Below are positions 10,251 to 19,856 of a stretch of DNA of 64,000 bases, in pieces. Origin of the DNA: Chloropicon primus. Taxonomy: Eukaryota. Each line of letters opens with the position of its first letter. Within the stretch, counting starts at the first letter, position 1. Under the pieces are notes generated by a model, which worked only from the letters and a program-made list of their open reading frames with translations, searched no databases and was not told the DNA's origin. The DNA lies in the NCBI GenBank assembly GCA_023205875.1, contig CP060757.1:62001-126000 (forward strand), given 5' to 3'. A program made the translations under genes and the position numbers.

Positions 10251-12173
10251 ATGGCGGCGGAAGCGAGCACGAGCGGTCAGGGACCGGGAGAGATGAACAC
10301 CGGAACCACCGAGCGGAGGGCTTCTGGGGGATCTGACGCTGCCAAGTTTAACGAACAAAAGTTTTGGCTCAACGCTTTCACAGACAGGGTGGCCAACATA
10401 TACGCCAGGTCGGACTGTATCTGCCTGTGCGACGTGTTCGGGGACCACGACAAGCGCCTGGTGGTCGTGGATGCTTCCCAGAAGAAGCTCAAGCTATGGA
10501 AAGGGACCACCCTTGAGGCCGAGTTGAAGCTGGTGGACAACCCAGTGGCTCTGTGCTCGGTGTATGGGGACAACTCGAAGAAGAGGATCCCGGCGCTGTG
10601 CGTCGCGGCAGGGCCGCACATTTACATCTACAGGAACCTCAGGGCGTACTACAAGTTCACCTTGCCGGACTTGGCGTTCTCTGACAAGGAGAAGCAGGTT
10701 TGGGAGGGACTCGCGGAGGCCAAGCTGTCCATAGAGCAAGCCTGTGACCAGCTGGTAGTCTTGAGGGAGGAGGATCCCCAAGGCGGGAACCTTTCTCAGA
10801 GGTCCAACCAGCTGATTGCCATGTCACTGAGCGCCGGGCGGGACGACATGCAGAGCTTCGTGGCCAAGGCCAAGGGCGTGGGGATACACGAGCAGACGGC
10901 CATCACTTGCATCTGCTCGATACCAAAGAGCGTGGAGGACGAGGGCAGCCAGGAGAGCCTCTTGGTGGGAACGGAGAACGGCAAGCTTCACGTGATCGAC
11001 CCGGTGAAGAATTTCGAGATCGTTCACACGATTGACTTGCCCTCGGCCCCGGTGCAGCTGGCGGCCACTGGAGCGATCAACGTGGAGTACAAGGTCGTGG
11101 TCTTGGGAAGGGACGCCAAGGTCTACAACGTCGTGGATGGCCAGCTCACGTCCCACGTCCTTGACCTCCACACGAGCCCCATTGCCATCATCTGCTCCAG
11201 CAAGTTCATGGCCGTGGGCTGCATGAACAAGACCATCTACTTCTACAACCTCGCGGGCGGCTTGGTGCACAATATTTATCTGCCGGATCACTTGACCTGC
11301 ATGGAGAGCTTCTCGACGGAGCACTACTCGAACATGATCACCGTGGGCCTGAAGAACGGGGAGATCAGAATGTACAACGAGATCTTGCTCTGCTCGGTGA
11401 TCAAGCTCAAGGAGCCCATCCGGGCGCTCAAGTTCGGCCGCTTTGGCCGCGAGGACAACACTCTCGTGGTCACCACCAGCAGCGGTTCCCTGGACATCAA
11501 GATCTTGGCCCGTGCGGCCAAGCTCAAGCCTTCCGCGGCCACCTCCAAGCTCCTGCAGGAGCAGGTCCCGGAGCAGGACGTGCCCCTGAACATCCCGAAG
11601 AAGACCCGTGTGTACGTCGAGCAGACCAAGAGGGAGAGGGAAAAAGCGAGCGAGATGCACAAGGGGTTCCAGAGGGACTTGTGCAAGCTGAGGCTCTCGA
11701 CTGCCAGGGCCTACGTCAAGTCGATCACCTCGGGCCAGGGGCCGATCTGGTCGTCCAGCGAGGCCAGCATCATCACGAACGCGAGCATCTTTGGACTCGG
11801 GCCGGACTTCAAGCTGGAATTCACGCTGGAGAACAATGGAATGAAGGCTCTTCATGACTTGCGCGCGACGATCACCTTCAAGTCCAAAGGGATCAAGCTC
11901 GAAAGAAGCCAGTTCAACATCAGCACGCTCTTGCCTAGCGTGCAATACTCTTTCCTCACCAACCTCAGGTGCACCTCCAGCGTGGGCACGGAGGAGCAGC
12001 AACTCAAAGTCCTCATCAGCAGGCAGGAGAGCTGCGTGCCCATTCTCAGCGCTATTGTCAAGCTCCCCGTGGTGGACCAGGAGGAGCAGGACCAGGAGCC
12101 TTTCCAGCAGGCTGACTTTGGTGCCTCGCACCACGGCATGGACTCCAAGGCCGATATGCTTGTCATGGGCTAG
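10251..12173 (+). CDS. BBS1: Bardet-Biedl syndrome 1 protein (BBSome subunit)
   Basis: 'FWLNAFTD...LCDVFGDHDKRLVV...PALCVAAGPHIYIYRNLRAYYKFTLP', 'LKFGRFGRED', 'PEQDVPLNIPKKTRVYVEQTKRERE...FQRDLCKLRLSTARAYVK', 'GLGPDFKL'. Confidence 0.95.
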   Translation: MAAEASTSGQGPGEMNTGTTERRASGGSDAAKFNEQKFWLNAFTDRVANIYARSDCICLCDVFGDHDKRLVVVDASQKKLKLWKGTTLEAELKLVDNPVALCSVYGDNSKKRIPALCVAAGPHIYIYRNLRAYYKFTLPDLAFSDKEKQVWEGLAEAKLSIEQACDQLVVLREEDPQGGNLSQRSNQLIAMSLSAGRDDMQSFVAKAKGVGIHEQTAITCICSIPKSVEDEGSQESLLVGTENGKLHVIDPVKNFEIVHTIDLPSAPVQLAATGAINVEYKVVVLGRDAKVYNVVDGQLTSHVLDLHTSPIAIICSSKFMAVGCMNKTIYFYNLAGGLVHNIYLPDHLTCMESFSTEHYSNMITVGLKNGEIRMYNEILLCSVIKLKEPIRALKFGRFGREDNTLVVTTSSGSLDIKILARAAKLKPSAATSKLLQEQVPEQDVPLNIPKKTRVYVEQTKREREKASEMHKGFQRDLCKLRLSTARAYVKSITSGQGPIWSSSEASIITNASIFGLGPDFKLEFTLENNGMKALHDLRATITFKSKGIKLERSQFNISTLLPSVQYSFLTNLRCTSSVGTEEQQLKVLISRQESCVPILSAIVKLPVVDQEEQDQEPFQQADFGASHHGMDSKADMLVMG

Positions 12174-12270
12174 GCTAGGCTAGGCCTGTCTACACCATCA
12201 GTAAAGGGAATTGTTTTTTAAGACACGAAAACCATTATTATTTCTTTTTCAGCGCATCCAGTCTTGGCAC

Positions 12271-13286
12271 CTAGACCAGAGGGAGCGTCGTCGCCATTTC
12301 GTGCAGTCTCTTGCCCAGCACGGCCGCGCTGAGGGACAGCAGGGTCAGAAGGAAGGTGCGGCTGAATGCTTTGGCCACGACCGTCAACGGGCGCGGACCC
12401 CTTCCCGGAGAGAACAGCCCTCCCCCGCCCAAGTCCTCGAAGTGGAACTCGTCATCCAGAATCCCAACGCCCTCTTTCCTGGCCACGGCCTCGTTGTCCA
12501 GTATAACGTACACCATGCTGGCTTGGGCGGCAAGATAGAATATGAGCGATGACCCCGTCCACAGCAAGGTCTCGATCGGCGATGACGCGCGGGCGAGGAA
12601 GATGTCGCTGAGGGTGACACCCGCGCCGTGCGCGTAACCCATGAAGCAGCTTAAGCAGAGGGTCCTCTTTGCGCTGCGAGAAAAGTCGGCGGCAGCCTGG
12701 GTGACCGGAAGAGGCAAAAGCAAGACAGACTCGCAGATTGTCATCAACTGATGGGCGGGGGGGGCTCTTGGAATGATTGGGGACCGCGGCGTTCCCCGCT
12801 CTCGCGCCGCGCGCAGCTTACCTTCCAGAGAATCACAGATTGGAACAGCGTCATCGCCGCGTTAAGTTGCGAGCCTCCCGCATGGGAGTTTGGAGGGAGG
12901 AGGGTGCAGAACACGAACACGAAAAACCCTGCGGCGCTCATCGCCTTCCACAAGAAAACTTGCCAAGAGAGAGAGAGTCAGCTAACGCACGAGCGTGTCC
13001 ATTGATTGATTGCGCCACGACGAGGCCACTCACCTGGTGCCATGAATGGGAACTTCTTGTGAAGGGTGTAGTCCGACCGCCTTTCTTCTTGGTGGGCCGT
13101 CCGAGCCCTCCGCGGCGAGGGGGCGTCATCGCCGCGGAGGGCTCTCGATGACTCGCCAACTCGTCGCCCCATCGTCCTCCAAGCGGCGGTGGGTGCGGCG
13201 GCGCGACGGGGTCTCCCTCGCGGCCCAGTGGAGGCCTGATTCCGTCCAACTCGTCTCGTCCCCGCCCCCTCGAGGCTTGGGCTCAT
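12271..13286 (-). CDS. Hypothetical multi-pass membrane protein; exons ~13286-13034, 12958-12822, 12747-12271
   Basis: Two GT-AG introns join three ORF-track fragments in frame; several hydrophobic segments. Start codon uncertain. Confidence 0.5.
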
Positions 13287-13647
13287 CCCCTCGTAACGCG
13301 TCCCTCGTAACGCTTCCCTCCTCTGCCGGTAGCTGCTGGCGATAAAATTGGCGGGAAGGGACAAGAGACAAAAAGCAAAAGGGTGTTGAGTTTTTTTTAA
13401 AGACCAAGAAGGGTTTCGTTGCTGACGTGCGTCCCGCCGAGGCTGGTCGCGCAGTTCACGGTGGACACCTGCTGGAAGCCCTCGACGCTGATGATGTTGG
13501 CGAGCGGCGCCGTACCCGTTGCGCCCGCCGATGCCGAAGCGCTGCTCGGCGCCGTTGTAGTTCTCGCCCGTTACCCTTTGCGGGTTCGCGTCCGACGACG
13601 GCGAGCAGCTTCCTCCGGTTACCGATCTTCCATCTTGGACCCTCACC

Positions 13648-15624
13648 TCACCGGGAAGGGGGAGGGCCTCCGGAGCAGCACTTGCTCATGGTGCTCCGGT
13701 CTTCCGGGAGGTCGATGCCTGGGTTGCAGCTGAGGAAGGAGTCGGGCACGAGCATGAAGCCGGTGCTTTCACAAGGCATGACAGGAAAGTCCTCCGGCCT
13801 TGGGATGTGGCAAACGCCAAAGCTGTGGAACAGGACAATATCTGTGTCGACAATGCTCTTGCCGCCGTCCTTGGTCCATTCTGGCAGGCCTTCCCCCTGC
13901 CCCTTGGACTGGACCGTGTACTCTCCCGCGGGAAAGAACTGCCCGTCGGTGTGACGAGTCACCCAAAGCGACTTTGTGGCGAAGGCGCCGCGCCTCGAGA
14001 CCGCCGAGGACGGGTGCGTGAGGAGCAATGGCTGTGCTTGGCAGACAAGCTTGTACCCTATTGGCTTGTGACTCACTGGATTCACTTTGGACGGATTGAA
14101 AATCCTCCAAGTCCTCGCCAAGCTCGGTTCGACCTCTCGTTGCCCTTCTCGCTCGGTCTCCAGCAAGGTGGCGGCCGCCCCGAAAGCGTTACCGAACGGG
14201 TTCGTTGACTCGTCCAATGGTAACGCTTTCACGTCCACCTCGGCGACAGAGTTCTTGTGGCCTCCCACCGCCATGTCCAGCCTCGCGCAAAACATGTGTT
14301 GGTGGACCTGAGCATTCACGGACGGCGCGACGAGCGTTCCGTGATCCGGCCGGGCATCAGTGTAGTTCGTCGAAAGCATCCCCGTGAGCTTTATTTCCAT
14401 CGCGATGGATCCGTCCTGCTTCAGGTAATAGTACACGCAATACTCGTAGTTCACGACCGTGACAATGAACGAGATCACGAGCTTCCTCGATCTTCTCGAC
14501 TGGTTGTGGCCCGTTCTGTACTCTACGTGTTTCCACAAGAGGCCGTCGTCCTCCTCGTGGAGACACACAACCTTCTTCACCGTGTACGGCTCCCCTTTGC
14601 TATCGCTTAATGTGGCATCAAGATAGTGAATTTCTCCCAAGCAGTCGCAGCCAAGGCCAAGGGAGTTGGCGCAAAAACCGAGACCATAATCACCAACGTC
14701 AAATGCACACTTCCTCTGGAAGGGTTCCTTGGGATCCCCGTACGGGACCGCCATTTCCACCAAAGACAGTCTCCACAAGACGAGCTCTCCGGCGAACTTG
14801 ACGTTGTGAAGAACGAGGCCTTCTCTGTGGTTGAACCCCAGCCTGAGCGTCCACTTGTCCCAAGCCACCTCGTGGCCCTTGACTTTGAAGGAGACGCCGT
14901 CCGGCTGCACGATTTCCAGGGGCTTGAGAGCGTTCTCTCGGACCGAGGAGAGGCTTCCCGGGACTCTGTTCCCGCTCAAGAGGCTGGGGTGGTAGTTGTA
15001 CGGCTGCGAAGGGATCTTCGACTTCCCTGCGCTTTCCTCCCGGTGGATGTGAACGACCTCGCCAGCGTTCAGGTCCACCACCGGGAGAAAATCCAGGGGC
15101 TTGGCGTACGCGTTGTCGTACTCGCTCGCGCGCAGGTAGAGAAAGGTCTGCACGAGTCGCTTGGAGGTGTCGAAGGGCTCCGAGCCCGTGCAGTGGATGC
15201 TCCACGGGTCGCATTGGAGAGAACTCGCGTCCGCCCTATACCTGTCTTCCATCAGGATGGCCTTGACCTTTGGGTCCCTCTTGACGATCTCCTCGGCCAG
15301 CAGGCAGTCATCGGGCGTGAGCAGGGGCTGGTGGGAACCCAGCTCGCGCCTCTCCAAAATCCTTCCCGGCCCCCCGCCATCCGTCAGAACCTTGGCGCAA
15401 AAACTTCTCCCTTCGCGGGGCAACTGGTACGTCACCGCGATGACGCGAGGTGGGGCGGGCCCCCCGTTCTCGTACTCGATGAGCGACTCCTTGGGTGGCT
15501 CCACCACGTCAATGACATTGAACCGGATGAGCCCCTCCGAGGAAGCGGTCCCTTCCCTGACAGCCCTCGTTGCGACCACCACCTCCTCCTCCCTCAACGG
15601 ATCAAGCGGATGCGACGACCCCAT
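13648..15624 (-). CDS. Copper/topaquinone amine oxidase
   Basis: 'SHPLDPL' start, catalytic 'AFDVGDYG', TPQ consensus 'VVNYEY', Cu ligands 'HQH' and 'HIPRPEDFPVMP'. Confidence 0.95.
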   Translation of the reverse strand: MGSSHPLDPLREEEVVVATRAVREGTASSEGLIRFNVIDVVEPPKESLIEYENGGPAPPRVIAVTYQLPREGRSFCAKVLTDGGGPGRILERRELGSHQPLLTPDDCLLAEEIVKRDPKVKAILMEDRYRADASSLQCDPWSIHCTGSEPFDTSKRLVQTFLYLRASEYDNAYAKPLDFLPVVDLNAGEVVHIHREESAGKSKIPSQPYNYHPSLLSGNRVPGSLSSVRENALKPLEIVQPDGVSFKVKGHEVAWDKWTLRLGFNHREGLVLHNVKFAGELVLWRLSLVEMAVPYGDPKEPFQRKCAFDVGDYGLGFCANSLGLGCDCLGEIHYLDATLSDSKGEPYTVKKVVCLHEEDDGLLWKHVEYRTGHNQSRRSRKLVISFIVTVVNYEYCVYYYLKQDGSIAMEIKLTGMLSTNYTDARPDHGTLVAPSVNAQVHQHMFCARLDMAVGGHKNSVAEVDVKALPLDESTNPFGNAFGAAATLLETEREGQREVEPSLARTWRIFNPSKVNPVSHKPIGYKLVCQAQPLLLTHPSSAVSRRGAFATKSLWVTRHTDGQFFPAGEYTVQSKGQGEGLPEWTKDGGKSIVDTDIVLFHSFGVCHIPRPEDFPVMPCESTGFMLVPDSFLSCNPGIDLPEDRSTMSKCCSGGPPPSR

Positions 15625-16091
15625 CACGATGCCGTAACGTAACGCCTGAGCAGCGAGGTACAAGAGAGAGAAGGAGAAGGGAGAGGAGAGAGAAGCCCTT
15701 CCCCCTTTGGTCAGGAAGCGCGAGCGGAAAGAAAACGCGAGAAGAGTGAAATAATGTCAATGATATCCCCTCTCCTGGTCCAGTCCCCCCCTCGTGACGC
15801 TCCCCCTCGGCCGCTATCGTACAAGAGAGAGGAAACCCTGCACCCCTTTTCCTTTCCATGGGATCAGGGGACCTTTAGCTTGGAAAAAAGATCTCGAACG
15901 TGAGGCGTAGGAAGCAAGGAGGACGAGAGCGAGAGCGAGGAGTGCGCTAACGGGAGGAGGGGGTCGAGAGGGAGACGGGCGTCGTGGTCATAGAAGCATC
16001 GTCTTGCGATCTTTCGTTTGAGTGTGGCCTCGAAGGGAACGGCGCGGATTCTTTCCATTCACGTGAGAGAGAGAGAGAGAGGGAAGAGAGG

Positions 16092-17174
16092 ATGAGCAGC
16101 GGGTTGGCGAGGTCATGGCGGGGGAGGGGAGGAGCGCGGAGGAGTGTGCAGGCACCTGTGGTGGTGGCGGTGTCCTCCTCAAGGCGGAAGGCGTTGAGGT
16201 GCAAGGCCAGGGCGGAGGCGGAGGAGCAGGAGGGGAACGAGGGGCCGGCAAGTGCGTTTCAGAGAGCCATGAAGGTGGCCATGTCGAGGGGGGAGGCGAA
16301 CAACCGTAACGGCAGCGTCGGCACCGGGAGGTCGAGCGAGGCCTCGAGCAGCGCGAGCCGGCGCCGCCAAGCGCCTTCCCTTCCGAAGGCCATGGGGGGA
16401 GGAGGCCACGAGAGGAAGAGGAGCAGCGCGAAGATGGCGTTGTCTCGGCTGAGGAGCGAGGGGGGAGGCCTCTCGCTGTTTCAGGCGAGAAAGAAGAGCG
16501 CCAAGGTGAAGTTCCAGGTGCAGTACAGGACGGAGATGGGACAGACCGTGCGAGTGGTGGGGTCGAGTCCGGAGCTTGGCGCCTGGGACGTGGCAAAGGC
16601 CCCGCAGCTCAAGTGGCAGTCCTCGGACGGCCTCTGGGCCTGCGACGTGAGCCTGCCTTGCGGGCAGATCTACGAGTACAAGTACGTCGTGTGCAACGGC
16701 GACGGCGTGGCCTTGCAGTGGCAGCAAGGGAACAACGCCCTCCTGGCGGTGGGAATCAGGGACGCGCTCGCCATCGCCAGCTCGGGGGGCGAGGTCTCCC
16801 TGGAGGTCCTGGACAGGTGGAGCGGCCCGGAGGGGTCCACCGTGCTGATCAAGAAGGGTGACCAGGTGGTCAAGGAGACGACGAGGGAGCACAGGCTCAC
16901 GTCCTGGATCAGGGACGTGGAGGACCAGTTGGAGCAAGGCAGCGTTCAAGTGAAGGAGCTGCAGTTGGAGCTCGCTTCGGCCAAGCAGGAGCTCATGCAG
17001 ACCAGGCAGGAGGTCGTTCAAGCGAAGGAAGAGAGCCAGAAGCTCAAGGAAATCGCGCTTCAGTCCAACGAGAAGTACCTCGTCGCCCTCAAAGAGAAGG
17101 AGAAGGCGCTGAGGCAAAAAGAGCTCGTCTTGAGGCAGTTGCAGCTCGACAGGTTCGACGACGACGAGTCCTAA
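16092..17174 (+). CDS. Plastid CBM20 starch-binding domain protein with C-terminal coiled coil
   Basis: Transit-like N-terminus; 'VKFQVQYRTEMGQTVRVVGSSPELGAWD...LKW...W...YEYKYVV...WQQGNN' is CBM20; heptad E/Q/K-rich tail. Confidence 0.85.
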   Translation: MSSGLARSWRGRGGARRSVQAPVVVAVSSSRRKALRCKARAEAEEQEGNEGPASAFQRAMKVAMSRGEANNRNGSVGTGRSSEASSSASRRRQAPSLPKAMGGGGHERKRSSAKMALSRLRSEGGGLSLFQARKKSAKVKFQVQYRTEMGQTVRVVGSSPELGAWDVAKAPQLKWQSSDGLWACDVSLPCGQIYEYKYVVCNGDGVALQWQQGNNALLAVGIRDALAIASSGGEVSLEVLDRWSGPEGSTVLIKKGDQVVKETTREHRLTSWIRDVEDQLEQGSVQVKELQLELASAKQELMQTRQEVVQAKEESQKLKEIALQSNEKYLVALKEKEKALRQKELVLRQLQLDRFDDDES

Positions 17175-17803
17175 GCCAAGCCAAGGGCGTCATTTTCCCC
17201 CCAATCAAGTAATTATCATCCACTAAACAAGTCTTTGGCATTCATTCTTTTCGTGCTGCCCCCCTTCCCCTTGCCCTCGTCCCCTTCTACATCACCACTT
17301 CCTCCTGGTTCAGCGTCCCCTCCTGCAGGATTTCCTCGCGCCAAACCCTAAAGAGGAGTTGAAAACGCGAGTGAGAATTAACGCCCGGGCACGTCGCACG
17401 ACAAGGGAGAGGGAAGGTGTTGTTGTCGAGGACTTTGCGCACGGACGGGGACGGCGAAGGGGAGGAGGTGTTGAAAGAACGGAAGCGCATCTCAAGGGCT
17501 TTCGATTGATACCTCGGCTGAAGGTTTTGGCAAAGAGGAGGAGTGGCTCTCCCTTTGAGACGACAGGCGTTACAGGAGGTTTGTTTCGTGAGTTGTTGGC
17601 TCGGTTGACGAAGAGCAAGAGGAAGGCAAGTCTTCAAAGGAACGCGTCGAGCTGTGCAGTGCTTTGCGGTGCTTTATTTCATCATGAGGCGTCCCACGAG
17701 ACAGAAATGCAAAAGAAGCACCAGGTCGACGGCGGCCATGATAACCCTGGCGACGGCCGCCGCAGGTGACGACGAGGGAGGGTTGCCCCCAGGCGTCATC
17801 GCC

Positions 17804-18490
17804 ATGGACATGGGCGGAAAGTCTGTGGAGAGCTTCGTGATGGGCTTCACGACTATCACCGAAGAAGTGAGTGACAGTGAGGAGGATAGTGGTGGTGAGG
17901 GTTCGTCCTTCCAACCTGGGTCAGAGCCGGAGTCAGCGCAGGTGCCGAAAAACAACGCACGTCCTTTCAAGATTCGCAATGGAAAGAGAACGCTTCGGGA
18001 TTCCATCTATTGCGTTCTTCAAGATGCTGCGGGGGAGAGCCTGCGCGTCAAAGAGATCCATGCACGGATCCTGGCCAAAAAATTGTATGTGTTCAGACGG
18101 AAAGATGGCTCTGTTTCTACTGATGATGAGAAAATGCGGATGTGTGTAAGTGCTGCTTGTTCAGAGTGCCCTCTCTTTGCTCGCGTTGCCCTGGGAATAT
18201 ATGCCATTGACAAGGAATACTTGAATGGGCCCACCACTCATCATGCTGTCAGGCCCTCACCGCTGAAGGATGCCATCTATCACGTTCTTCAAGATGCGGG
18301 AGGGAGCTTGCACTACCATGAGATCCAGGCCAAGATCCAGGCCAAGAAGTTGTTTGTGTTCAGGCGGAAAGATGGTACTGTTCATACTGATCCGAAGGTA
18401 ATGCAGAAGAGGGTCGGGACTGCTTGTACACAGAGCCCCCGCTTTGTTCGCACTGCATGTGGAACATATGCATTGCCAAAGAATACTTGA
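17804..18490 (+). CDS. Protein with two tandem HARE-HTH (ASXL/HB1-type winged helix) domains; second copy frameshifted at its tail
   Basis: Repeats 'LRDSIYCVLQDAAGESLRVKEIHARILAKKL...FARVALGIYAI' and 'LKDAIYHVLQDAGGSLHYHEIQAKIQAKKL...FVRTACGTYAL' fit the HARE-HTH pattern. Start codon uncertain. Confidence 0.65.
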   Translation: MDMGGKSVESFVMGFTTITEEVSDSEEDSGGEGSSFQPGSEPESAQVPKNNARPFKIRNGKRTLRDSIYCVLQDAAGESLRVKEIHARILAKKLYVFRRKDGSVSTDDEKMRMCVSAACSECPLFARVALGIYAIDKEYLNGPTTHHAVRPSPLKDAIYHVLQDAGGSLHYHEIQAKIQAKKLFVFRRKDGTVHTDPKVMQKRVGTACTQSPRFVRTACGTYALPKNT

Positions 18491-18984
18491 ATGGATTCAC
18501 AACGACCCATCCATCTGCGCAGAGCAAACCCACAAAGTGAAGACGAAGACGGGATGAACGACGTAATGTAACGGATGGACAGAGGGGTGATGGATGAATG
18601 AATGAATGAATGAATGAATGCAAGGCGGTATGGCTGGTTGTCCGCCTCGGCGCTGTCGGTCTCATGCAAAGAGACTCTCTAGGTTTTATTCTGTAATGGT
18701 CTTTTCTTATCATCATCATCATCATCATCACCACCACCACCACGTTCACGTTCATGATTCCCTTCCTCCTTGGAAGAAAGAATCTTCTCCGCCTCCTCCC
18801 TCAGCTCCATCCAATCAAAGTCTGAATCGTGGTACTCACTCGCGAGGTTGCCCTTCCTCCCTCCATCGTAACCGCTTCTGCTCGTGTACCTCTCCCCATC
18901 CTCCTGGGCTGAGAGCTCCACAGAGGCCAAGCTCCGGCGGCCACCCGAGGAAGAGAGAGAGGGAGAGAGAGAAGGAGAGGCACG

Positions 18985-19710
18985 ATGAACGGCGGTGGTT
19001 TGGTGAACGGAGGGGTCGACAAGCGACGGGGAGAGCTCAAGGGTCACATGGTGAACCTCAACAAGTCTTTCCTTTCCTGGGTGGAAGCCCAAGTGACCAC
19101 GGACAAGCCGAAACTCTTGTCCAACGGGTTGAGGGACTACCTCGATCATGCAGGAAGCCTGGAGAAGGAGTACGAGGACGTGATCACGGCGGCGCCGGTG
19201 ACGAGTCCGAGCGTTCCGCAGTTCAGCTTCGGCCACAAGTTCCCGACTCCTGCGGCGTCTCCTCCTCCAGCTGCTGCTGCTGCCAAGCCCAAAGTGGCGA
19301 AGAAGGAGGAGGCGAGCGGGGACGATGAGAACACGGTGTTCGAGTCCAAGTCCAAGGTGTTCAGGCGGGTGGAAGGGGATTGGAAGGACATGGGCATCGG
19401 GAACCTTTCGGTGGTGAAGCCGGAGAGCGGGAAGGCATTCGTGTGCTTCAGGAATATATCCACTGGGAAGATCTTTTTGCGGGCAGGACTGTACAAGGAC
19501 ATGAAAATCACGGTGCAGAAGAAGCAGGCAACCATCGTGTTGTTTCCTGCAAAGGAGAAGGAGCCGCCGATGCCGGATCAGGCTGGGAGCCCCGCGCCCG
19601 TGAGCAAGGAGGAAGACTCGGAGGGCAAGCCCGTGACCTTCTCGTTCCGTTTCGGAAAGGTGGAGACCGTCATGAAGTTCAAGGAGGCTTGCGAGAACAA
19701 CGCGTCGTGA
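18985..19710 (+). CDS. NUP50: NUP50/Nup2-like nucleoporin with C-terminal Ran-binding (RanBD/PH) domain
   Basis: 'LNKSFLSWV...DYLDHA..LEKEY' Nup50 helical segment, an FSFG motif, and RanBD-like 'ENTVFESKSKVF...WKDMGIGNL...RNISTGKIFL'. Confidence 0.7.
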   Translation: MNGGGLVNGGVDKRRGELKGHMVNLNKSFLSWVEAQVTTDKPKLLSNGLRDYLDHAGSLEKEYEDVITAAPVTSPSVPQFSFGHKFPTPAASPPPAAAAAKPKVAKKEEASGDDENTVFESKSKVFRRVEGDWKDMGIGNLSVVKPESGKAFVCFRNISTGKIFLRAGLYKDMKITVQKKQATIVLFPAKEKEPPMPDQAGSPAPVSKEEDSEGKPVTFSFRFGKVETVMKFKEACENNAS

Positions 19711-19856
19711 AGGAAGAAAGTAATTATGCACTCGCTTGAGGCTAATAGCTAAAAGCTAATAAGCAGCGGTGGCGCTACTACTGCCAGCACCTCTGTCTCG
19801 TCGTTGAGAAACTTTTCTTCGTGTATTATAATGGATTAAATGGATGGATTTTCATC

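Noticed and set aside
17343..17352. AAACCCTAAA could serve as a telomerase RNA template
   Set aside because: No recognisable USE/TATA snRNA-type promoter or terminator. It abuts an E2F-like site and is better explained as a promoter telo-box.
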